Shown here: in pieces, positions 18,082 through 25,297 of the stretch
Position numbering within the stretch: position 1 is the first letter of the stretch
How the letters are laid out: each line of letters starts with the position of its first letter
NCBI GenBank assembly: GCA_025935655.1
Contig: JAICUV010000003.1
Coordinates: forward strand, 1 to 33,908
DNA length: 33,908 bases
Source: Chloroflexota bacterium
GTDB lineage: Bacteria > Chloroflexota > Limnocylindria > Limnocylindrales > CSP1-4
Reading direction: 5' to 3'
The notes under the pieces: generated by a model
Told to the model about the DNA's origin: nothing
The model's database searches: none
What the model saw: only the letters and a program-made list of their open reading frames with translations
Program-made: the position numbers and the translations under genes

Positions 18082-18989
18082 GAGCCGTCGCGTATCGCGG
18101 CCTCGAGCAGCCGCAGGGCCAGCCCCTGCGCGTCGTACCGCTCGTCGCGCGTCAGGACGATGGCGAGCGCGCCCGCGGCGGGCGCGGCGAACACACCGTG
18201 GGCGTATCCCGGCCCGCCCCCGCCGTGCCCCACGACGAGACCCAGCGGCGACGCGGGGTCGGCCATCAGGCCGAGCCCGTACGCGGGCCGGACGAAGCCG
18301 GTGGCGGGGTGGCCGATAGGGATGAAGGTGGCGGGGTCGAGCATGGCCGGAGGCAACGTGCGCCAGAACCCCAGGAGGTCGTCGGCCGTGCCGACCAGCG
18401 TCCGGTGACCGACCCACCGCGGGTCGTAGGCGCCGCGGATGTCGTCCACGCCGTCGCCGATCAGGCGGCTGGGCGCTGGTGCGACCTCGTCGAGGTCCTC
18501 GGGACGGAGCGCGACGGTCATCCCCGGCAGGCCGAGTGCCGGAAGGTGCGACGCGAGGCCGCCATGGCGGTCGAGGAGGCGGCGCAGGAGGAGGTAGCCG
18601 GTGTTGGAATAGGCCCAACCGCCGCCGGGCTCGAACGTGGGGCCCGCCGCGGCGGCGCGACGGAGGAGCTCCCGATCGGACCACGGCCGGAGGGGGCGCG
18701 TCCGCACGGCCTCGTGGTAGGCGGGCAGCGCGCCGTAGTCCCGTGCACCGCTCGTGTGGTCGAGGAGCTGCCGGACGGTCCCCGGCCAGCCGTCGGGGGC
18801 GGGGTCGTCGAGCGAGAGTCGGCCCTCGGCCACGAGCCGCAGGATCGCGGCGGCGATCACGGGCTTGGTGAGGCTGTAGATCGGGTAGCGAGCGGACCGG
18901 TCGCCGGTCGCGCGGACCCGGCCGCGGCTGACGACGAGGGCCGTGCCGGGGATGGGCGGTGCGGCCAGCAGGCGGTCGAGGGGCCTCAC
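18078..18989 (-). CDS. Serine hydrolase, beta-lactamase/AmpC-like family, about 303 aa
   Basis: SxxK (YSLTK), LLDHTSG, YSN (WAYSNTGY) and GHGGG. GTG 18989 chosen because TATCGT lies 8 nt upstream. Confidence 0.88.
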   Translation of the reverse strand: MRPLDRLLAAPPIPGTALVVSRGRVRATGDRSARYPIYSLTKPVIAAAILRLVAEGRLSLDDPAPDGWPGTVRQLLDHTSGARDYGALPAYHEAVRTRPLRPWSDRELLRRAAAAGPTFEPGGGWAYSNTGYLLLRRLLDRHGGLASHLPALGLPGMTVALRPEDLDEVAPAPSRLIGDGVDDIRGAYDPRWVGHRTLVGTADDLLGFWRTLPPAMLDPATFIPIGHPATGFVRPAYGLGLMADPASPLGLVVGHGGGGPGYAHGVFAAPAAGALAIVLTRDERYDAQGLALRLLEAAIRDGS

Positions 18990-19136
18990 GGCCGCCAACG
19001 ATACCGGTCCGGGCGCCGGCGAACCGACGTGCCTCGGCGGCCCGTGGGCACCGAGGAGGACCGCGCGAGGTCGCGCCCGCCCGTCACCTGGTCGGACACG
19101 TGGATCGGCTTGCGCGCGCTGTGCGCTTGCGGGAGG

Positions 19137-20501
19137 TCAGCCGGACGGGACCAGCCGGCCCGGGCCCGGCGTGCCGAGAATCTCGCGGGTGGTGGCGAGG
19201 CCCCAGGCGTCAAGGTCCGCGAGCCGGTCGGACGAGACCCGCAGGCCGCCGTGGCGGGCGATGTGCGCCGCCCACGCGTCGCGGCGCTCGACCGCGGGGC
19301 GGACGATCAGGCAGTCGGGGTCGTTCGTCCAGAACCGGCCGTGCATGAACGCCCGGCCGGCGCTCGTGAGCACGGCGCTCCGGGCGCCGGGCTCGGAGAG
19401 GTCGCCCGAGGACGGCTCCCAGTGGGGGGCCGTGTCCGGGCCGACGCGCATCGCGTCGACGAGGCCGACGGTCGGCAGCACCGGCGCACCGCAGCCGAGG
19501 AGGTACGCGTCGCCGATCGAGGCGCGCACGAGCTCCATGCCGCGGCGGTACGCCTCGAGCGGCGGCACCGGCTCGTACCGCCGGCCTGGGACCGCGGCCG
19601 ACCAGACGAAGTCGGCCTTGACATAGTCGATGCCCAGCGACCGCAGCCCGCCCAGCGCCGACGCGAGCGACGCCGCCGCGGCCGGATGGGTCGTGTCGAG
19701 CGCGTACAGGTCCTGGTCCCAGTTGCGCCCGACGACGGCCGCGCCGCGGTCGTCCGCGACCAGCCATTCGGGATGGGCGGCGGCGGTCGCGCTCCGGGCG
19801 CCGACGAGGAACGGGGCGAGCCAGGCGCCCGCTCGGCGGCCCGTCGCCCGGATCCGCCCGACGAGCGCCGCGAAATCGCCGAAGGCGGGCGACCAGGCCG
19901 CCCAGTCGCCGATGCCCGCCTGCCAGCCGTCGTCGACCTGGACGACCTCGACCGGCAGCCCGAGGTCGTCCATCGCCCGGACGTTCTCGTCGACGTCGGC
20001 AGCCGTGACCGCGGTGAAGTAGTGGTACCAGCTGCACCAGCCCACCGGGGGGCGACGGATCGGCGGCACGCCCGCCCGCGCGGCGAACCCGTCGGCCCAG
20101 CGGGCGAGCGCGCCCTCGAGGCCGCCTGGGCCGTTGTCGGTGTAGTGCTCGACGGGGCCGTCGGCGAAGACGGCGAGGAGGCCGTCCTCGAACAGTGCGG
20201 CGATCGACGGCACGCCGAGGCGGGCCCCGGATGCTGCGAACACGTGGGTGGCCGCGTCCGCGGCCGGGCGCACCGCGAGCAGCCCCTCGCCTTGGAACCC
20301 TCCCGCGACCCAGCCGCTGCGGGGGCGGGCGTTGAGGCGGTGCAGCCGCTCGTCCCTCGGGCGGATCGGCGTATCGCCGAGCCCGTACGTCGTCGTCGGG
20401 GTCCAGGACTGCCAGCCGTGCTCGAACACCCGAGCGCTCCGGGCGTCGACCGCCAGTGTCGCGACGGGCTCGAAGCCGGCGGGCATGCGGGGAGGTCTCA
20501 C
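19137..20501 (-). CDS. GH36 alpha-galactosidase-like glycoside hydrolase, about 454 aa
   Basis: GWQSW, GWCSWY, QVDDGWQ, YVKADF (nucleophile), LGCGAP, MRVGPDT (acid/base), NDPDCL. GTG 20501 has CACGAT 6 nt upstream; ATG 20486 is an alternative start. Confidence 0.9.
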   Translation of the reverse strand: MRPPRMPAGFEPVATLAVDARSARVFEHGWQSWTPTTTYGLGDTPIRPRDERLHRLNARPRSGWVAGGFQGEGLLAVRPAADAATHVFAASGARLGVPSIAALFEDGLLAVFADGPVEHYTDNGPGGLEGALARWADGFAARAGVPPIRRPPVGWCSWYHYFTAVTAADVDENVRAMDDLGLPVEVVQVDDGWQAGIGDWAAWSPAFGDFAALVGRIRATGRRAGAWLAPFLVGARSATAAAHPEWLVADDRGAAVVGRNWDQDLYALDTTHPAAAASLASALGGLRSLGIDYVKADFVWSAAVPGRRYEPVPPLEAYRRGMELVRASIGDAYLLGCGAPVLPTVGLVDAMRVGPDTAPHWEPSSGDLSEPGARSAVLTSAGRAFMHGRFWTNDPDCLIVRPAVERRDAWAAHIARHGGLRVSSDRLADLDAWGLATTREILGTPGPGRLVPSG

Positions 20502-20638
20502 CAGGCCATCGTGGGTCGACTCGCCGCGGGCGGCAAGCGCAGCCGCGCCGGCAGGGGATCGGCCGGGTGCGCGTCCGGCGCCCACATGCTCCCTTTCGCG
20601 TGGCGCGGGACCAACGCGGAAAACGCACAGGGTCCCGT

Positions 20639-21222
20639 CCCAACTGCGCCACCCAGTGTGGGAAACCCGCTGACCTCAGTCGCAGACAGGGCGATCGGAC
20701 GCGATGCGAAGTCCCAGGCCCGTCATGTCATCGCCCCCGATCTGGCCGAACGTCGAGACCGCGCCTGGCGCCTTCGGGTGGCGGGCGATCACCATGCACA
20801 CGTCACCCCTCATTGCGGGAGCAGTCGCCTGCCAGCACGTCGAGCTATCGGCCCAGTCGGGCAGCGGTCCGGGGCAGGCGCGCGCCTCAACGACAATCCT
20901 CCCGCCGCTTGCCTCGAGCACGCCCTTCCAGTTCCGGGCCAGGTTGTTGACGAAGAGCTTGGCGACGCCCTTGCAGTCGTCAGCCTGCACCCACGAGCAG
21001 GTCGCGGTCCAACCATCGAAATGCACGGTCGCCTCAGGCATGCACGCCCCGACCAAGAGGAGTGCGGTCGCTGCTACCGCGAGACCCTTCATCCGGGTAT
21101 CCCCCACTGCTTCATTGCTCGATCTTCGCCGTTTCTCGAACGCTTTACACCTGGTCTCCGGTTGCCGTTAGGACCGGGAGTCCGCAACCGGGAGGTTTCA
21201 CACACCCGGTGGCGCAGTTGGG
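20639..21222. mobile_element. Putative non-autonomous cassette bounded by 29-bp imperfect inverted repeats
   Basis: Left 20639-20667 CCCAACTGCGCCACCCAGTGTGGGAAACC; reverse complement of right 21194-21222 is CCCAACTGCGCCACCGGGTGTGTGAAACC (26/29, outer 15 bp perfect). Lower-GC interior, no transposase, no clear target-site duplication. The repeats are certain; mobility is inferred. Confidence 0.55.
20676..21092 (-). CDS. Hypothetical Cys-rich lipoprotein, 138 aa
   Basis: GGGGGA RBS, ATG 21092; MKGLAVAATALLLVGAC lipobox; six further Cys; many A/T-ending codons unlike neighbouring genes. Confidence 0.75.
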   Translation of the reverse strand: MKGLAVAATALLLVGACMPEATVHFDGWTATCSWVQADDCKGVAKLFVNNLARNWKGVLEASGGRIVVEARACPGPLPDWADSSTCWQATAPAMRGDVCMVIARHPKAPGAVSTFGQIGGDDMTGLGLRIASDRPVCD

Positions 21223-21235
21223 CCACGTCGCAGGC

Positions 21236-21265
21236 TTGACAGGTGACTGATTGGTCACGTATTGT
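21236..21265 (+). promoter_or_regulatory. sigma70-type promoter TTGACA-N18-TATTGT with palindromic operator GTGAC-N6-GTCAC (21243-21258) in the spacer
   Basis: Directly visible; perfect -35 hexamer; 34 nt upstream of ATG 21300. Confidence 0.75.
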
Positions 21266-21299
21266 CGGCCGCACAGACAACGCAACGGAGACACGAGCG

Positions 21300-21737
21300 A
21301 TGGCGAGCAGCACGAACACCACGAGGGCGACCGACGGCTTCACGGCGGAGGAGAAGGCAGCCGTCAAGGAACGCGCACGGGAGCTCAAGGCGGCGAGCTC
21401 GAAGGCGGACGGCGAGCGCGACCTGCGGCAGAAGATCGCCGAGATGCCGGAGCCGGACAAGTCGATGGCCGAGCGTGTGGACGCGGTCGTGATGGCCGCC
21501 GCCCCGGAGCTCGAGCGCAAGACGTACTACGGGATGCCCGCCTACGCGAAGGACGGCAAGACGCTGTGCTTCTTCAAGCCGAAGTCCAAGTTCAAGGTCC
21601 GCTACGCGACCTTCGAGCTCCAGCCGGACGCGATGGTCGACGACGGCTCGATGTGGCCGGTCGCGTTCGCGCTGACCGAGCTGACCGAGGCGAACGAGGC
21701 TCGGATCACGGAGCTCGTGAAGCGGGCGACGCGCTAG
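21300..21737 (+). CDS. DUF1801 (YdhG-like) domain protein, 145 aa
   Basis: GGAG RBS, ATG 21300. GFTAEEKAAVKERARELK, KIAEMPEPD, YGMPAYAKDGK, KFKVRYAT, DDGSMWPVAFALTEL. Confidence 0.85.
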   Translation: MASSTNTTRATDGFTAEEKAAVKERARELKAASSKADGERDLRQKIAEMPEPDKSMAERVDAVVMAAAPELERKTYYGMPAYAKDGKTLCFFKPKSKFKVRYATFELQPDAMVDDGSMWPVAFALTELTEANEARITELVKRATR

Positions 21738-21743
21738 AGCCGG

Positions 21744-22622
21744 TCAGGGCGTCGGCGTTGCCTCGACCGCCTTGAGCTTGGACCGCCTCGCGGCCCACGC
21801 GCCGAGCTCGCGCAACCGCTGCTCGGAGACGGAGCCAGGCTCCGCCGCGTACGTCTGGAGCGTGAGCCCGGGATCGGCCGGCAGATCGAGCGCCTCGAAG
21901 GTCAGCGTCAGCTCGCCGACGAGCGGGTGCCGCAGCTGCTTGGTGCCGCTCAGATGGTTCTTGACGTCATGGGCGGCCCAGCGGACCGCGAACTCCTCGC
22001 TCCTCGTGGTGAGCTCGCCGATGAGGTCCGAGAGCGACCGGTCGTAGGGATTGCGCCCGGCCTCGGCGCGGAGCACCGCGACGGTGTCGCTTGCCGCGCG
22101 CTCCCAGTCGATCCAGTAGAGGCGCGAGCGGGGGTCGAGGAACGTGAACCGGGCGGTGTTGGGGCCGCGCGGGTCGCGGTACAGGTCGGAGTACAGGGCG
22201 CGGCCCATGTCGTTCGCATAGACGATGTCGAGGCGTCCATTGCGCACGGCCACCGGGATGCCGACGATGGCATCCACGATCCGGGCGATGCTGGGACGAA
22301 CCTTCTGGGGTGTCGCGGCGCGGCGCGGGGGTTGCTCGGCGTTGGCGGTCCGGCACAGGTCGATGAGGTGGCCGTGCTCGGCCTCGTCCAGCTGGAGCGC
22401 GGCGCTCACGGCCTGGAGCACGCTCTCGGACACGCCGCGCGCGTTGCCGCGCTCCAGGCGGGTGTAGTACTCGACGCTGATGCCGGCGAGCAGTGCGACC
22501 TCCTCGCGGCGGAGGCCCGCGACCCGGCGCTGGCGGCCGAACGCCGGCAGGCCCACCCGCTCCGGCGTCAGCTTGGCGCGGCGGGTGGTGAGGAACTCGC
22601 GGATGTCGCTCTCGGTGCTCAT
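21744..22622 (-). CDS. MmyB-family (XRE HTH + PAS-like ligand-binding) transcriptional regulator
   Basis: EFLTTRRAKLTP, RRVAGLRREEVALLAGISVEYYTRLERG, LRAEAGRNP, HPLVGELTL. Confidence 0.93.
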   Translation of the reverse strand: MSTESDIREFLTTRRAKLTPERVGLPAFGRQRRVAGLRREEVALLAGISVEYYTRLERGNARGVSESVLQAVSAALQLDEAEHGHLIDLCRTANAEQPPRRAATPQKVRPSIARIVDAIVGIPVAVRNGRLDIVYANDMGRALYSDLYRDPRGPNTARFTFLDPRSRLYWIDWERAASDTVAVLRAEAGRNPYDRSLSDLIGELTTRSEEFAVRWAAHDVKNHLSGTKQLRHPLVGELTLTFEALDLPADPGLTLQTYAAEPGSVSEQRLRELGAWAARRSKLKAVEATPTP

Positions 22623-22656
22623 GACACACCAACCCTACGCTCCGGGCCCAGGACGT

Positions 22657-22694
22657 GGGAGGCACTGCCAGTACCCCTAAGACCAGTGCCTTCC
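22657..22694. promoter_or_regulatory. Probable MmyB operator: GGGAGGCACTG-N16-CAGTGCCTTCC inverted repeat
   Basis: 10/11 inverted repeat around a CAGTACCCCT core in the divergent spacer, just upstream of the MmyB -10 (TAGGGT, minus strand, 22632-22637). Confidence 0.65.
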
Positions 22695-22725
22695 TCGCGC
22701 CCGTCCACGATGGTTCCATGTGGCC

Positions 22726-22986
22726 ATGACGAACCCCACTGCTCCCCAGGGCGCCGACCCGATCGATGCGTCGATCCTGTCGCTCGCCCATGTCGGCGAG
22801 ACGCGGCGACCCGTGAAGATCGTCGAGCATCCCGCCTTCCGCAACCATCCCCGGCGCACCGACACGCTGCGCACCAGCACCGTCCCGCGGATCCCGATGG
22901 ACCTGCGCCTCGGGCCACTCGACCTCCCGCGGCCGGCCTCGATGGCCGCCCGGCCCGTGGCCACGGCACCCTGCGTGGCGGCCTGA
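22726..22986 (+). CDS. Small hypothetical protein (about 86 aa) divergent from MmyB
   Basis: ATG 22726 (or GTG 22720) just past the operator; GC3-rich codons; no recognisable domain. Confidence 0.45.
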   Translation: MTNPTAPQGADPIDASILSLAHVGETRRPVKIVEHPAFRNHPRRTDTLRTSTVPRIPMDLRLGPLDLPRPASMAARPVATAPCVAA

Positions 22987-23193
22987 CGACGCGTGGCGCC
23001 AGCTTCGAGCGGCCCCGCGACATCGCCGTCGTGGACCGGGGGTACCCGACGGTAGGACGTCCGATGCGCATGCCACGCGTGTGCCGAGCGACCCCCGGCA
23101 AGGGGCGATAGGCCCCATCCCCGGGCACTGGCCGGCGGGGCACCCTGTGACCCGAGTCCGTGCACCCGCCGCACGGGGACCAGGAGTCCCGCC

Positions 23194-23640
23194 ATGCGCG
23201 TCCCGACGCTTGCCAAGAACCATCTCGTGCTCGTCGCCGGCCTCGTGTGGTGCGCCGCCGGCGCGATGGTCGTGCTCGTCGGGCTCCCGCTGGAGCTTCG
23301 ACTCGCGCCCGAGCACCTCGTCCTGCTGCCGCTCGCCGCGCTCGTCTTCGTGGCGTTCTACGTGCTGGTGTTCTCGCGCCTCGTGCGCAAGCACACGCAC
23401 CGGATCCGCGCCAGCGACGAGGAGCGGCTGCCGTTCTGGCAGTTCTTCAACGGCGGGTCGTGGGCCGTGATGGCCGTGATGATGTTCGGCGGCATGGGCC
23501 TCCGGTTCGGCCACGTGATGCCGGACTGGATGATCGCGTGCTTCTACACGGGGCTCGGCATCGCGCTGTTCGTGTGCGGCGTGCGGTTCCTGGGCGCCTT
23601 CGCGCGCAAGGACGTGCTGGTCCCAACACCCGGCGACTGA
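23194..23640 (+). CDS. Hypothetical membrane protein (about 4 TM)
   Basis: AGGAG RBS; four hydrophobic segments; FWQFF...MMFGGMGLR...FYTGLGIALF. Confidence 0.8.
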   Translation: MRVPTLAKNHLVLVAGLVWCAAGAMVVLVGLPLELRLAPEHLVLLPLAALVFVAFYVLVFSRLVRKHTHRIRASDEERLPFWQFFNGGSWAVMAVMMFGGMGLRFGHVMPDWMIACFYTGLGIALFVCGVRFLGAFARKDVLVPTPGD

Positions 23641-23695
23641 CCATCCGCCCCACGGGGCCCGCTCGCGCCGTACGCTCTTCTCGAGGAGTCGGACG

Positions 23696-25267
23696 ATGCC
23701 GGACGCGCCCAAGGACCACGTCTTCCAGGCCTATCCGGCGACGCCGGGCGCGGTGGTGAGCACCCTGTTCCGCGCGACGATCGACGGCGAGCCCCTGTCG
23801 GTCGAGGCATACGCCGGGATCAGCTATGTCCGGTTCGCGTTCAGCGGCGTCGTCGTCGTCCAGATCAGGGTCGACGGCGAGGTCGGAGCGACGAGGATCC
23901 TGCCGCGGGACGCTGCCGTGGCTGAGACCGGCGCGGACGGCTCGCTCCGGCTGACCCTGACCGAGCCCCGGCCGTTCGTCGCCTGGATCGGCGACCGCGA
24001 GAAGCTGTTCGTGCTCGCCGACCCACCCGAGCGGGCGCCGGTGCCCGACGGGACCGGGGTCGTCGCCGTCGCGCCGCCCGACGCGGGCACGGCACCCGCC
24101 GGCCTCGCGACGCTCGCGATCCAGTCGGCGCTCGATCGCGTCGCCGCGCTGCCCGGCGGCGGGACCGTGGTGCTGCTGCCAGGCCGGTTCGTCTCGGGAA
24201 CGATCAGGATCCCCGGCCACGTCACGCTGTACGTCTCGGCGGGCGCGCTGCTGGAGGGATCGGCAGACCCCGCGGACTACCCGGTGGACCCGGGCCGCAT
24301 CGAGCGCGGACGCGACACGACCCTGGACGGCGACGCGCGCTTCTACGGGCGGACGATGACCTTCTCGCGGCTCGTCCTGGTCGACGGGGCGACCGACGTC
24401 CGGATCCGCGGACGGGGGACGATCAGCGGCAGCGGGCGACTCCTCCGGACCCGGCACAACGCCGTCCCGAACCTGGTGCGTGTCCGGGAGAGCCGTGACG
24501 TGTCCATCGAGGACGTGCTGCTGCGGGACGCGGCCGCGTGGACGCTCCACATCCTCGCGTCGGACGGGGTCGCTGTCTCGAACGTGAAGATCGTGAACGA
24601 CCGCGACAACCTGAACACGGACGGGATCGACCCGGACATGTCGACCCGGGTGCGCATCGACCGCGCGTTCGTCTACACCAAGGACGACGCGATCTGCGTC
24701 AAGGCGAGTCGCAACGACGAGCTGGAGGGGGACGTGGTGGATGTCCGGGTCACGGACAGCGTCCTGAGCTCGCGGGACGCGGCGCTCAAGGTCGGGACGG
24801 AGTCGAGCGCGGCGGTCTTCCGCGACATCGTGTTCGAGCGCTGCTGGGTCTTCGAGTCCGGGCGGGCGATGTCGGTGGTCGTGCGGGACGGTGCGGCGTA
24901 CGAGCGGGTCACCTTCCGGGCGATCTTCGTGGATCGCGGCGTGGACCATCTCGTGGAGCAGGTCATCGGCGTGCGCGACCCGCAGGCCGGGCTGGGGTCG
25001 ATCCGCGACCTCTCGTTCGAGGACGTCCACGCGCCCGAGTACCGCGTCCCCGACCTGGCGTGGACGTGGTACGCGCAGTTCCGCCCGGGGCGCCCGCCCG
25101 AGGGCACGGCGGTCCCGGTCTTCGCCGGCGCCGACGAGGAGCATCGCGTGGAGGGCCTTCGGCTGCGCAACGTCGTCGTCAACGGCCGGCGGCTGGCGAC
25201 GCACGAGGACGCGAGTGCGGTCGGTCTGACGATCGGGCCGTTCGTGGACGACGTCGACATCGGCTGA
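23696..25267 (+). CDS. GH28-like right-handed beta-helix glycoside hydrolase, no signal peptide, 523 aa
   Basis: GAGGAG RBS. TLAIQSALD...GGGTVVLLPG, NTDGIDPD, TKDDAICVK, ALKVGTES. Confidence 0.82.
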   Translation: MPDAPKDHVFQAYPATPGAVVSTLFRATIDGEPLSVEAYAGISYVRFAFSGVVVVQIRVDGEVGATRILPRDAAVAETGADGSLRLTLTEPRPFVAWIGDREKLFVLADPPERAPVPDGTGVVAVAPPDAGTAPAGLATLAIQSALDRVAALPGGGTVVLLPGRFVSGTIRIPGHVTLYVSAGALLEGSADPADYPVDPGRIERGRDTTLDGDARFYGRTMTFSRLVLVDGATDVRIRGRGTISGSGRLLRTRHNAVPNLVRVRESRDVSIEDVLLRDAAAWTLHILASDGVAVSNVKIVNDRDNLNTDGIDPDMSTRVRIDRAFVYTKDDAICVKASRNDELEGDVVDVRVTDSVLSSRDAALKVGTESSAAVFRDIVFERCWVFESGRAMSVVVRDGAAYERVTFRAIFVDRGVDHLVEQVIGVRDPQAGLGSIRDLSFEDVHAPEYRVPDLAWTWYAQFRPGRPPEGTAVPVFAGADEEHRVEGLRLRNVVVNGRRLATHEDASAVGLTIGPFVDDVDIG

Positions 25268-25276
25268 GACGCCACC

Positions 25277-25297
25277 CGGCCCGTTCGGCGCGGGCCG
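25277..25297. terminator. Hairpin between convergent GH28-like and GH3 genes
   Basis: CGGCCCG-TTCGGCG-CGGGCCG, 7-bp stem filling most of the 30-bp gap. Confidence 0.5.

Noticed and set aside
18078-18989. Serine hydrolase as an antibiotic-resistance beta-lactamase
   Set aside because: No signal peptide, and GHGGG rather than KTG; this fits a cytoplasmic esterase or D-peptidase-like member better.
20631-21228. GGTCCCGT versus GGCCACGT as a target-site duplication for the inverted-repeat cassette
   Set aside because: Only 6/8 identical and requires asymmetric element boundaries.
22987-23193. Hairpin-rich 200-bp spacer before the membrane-protein gene as a possible riboswitch
   Set aside because: Only short GC stems, and no conserved core of any riboswitch I recognise; an Rfam/Infernal scan would be needed.
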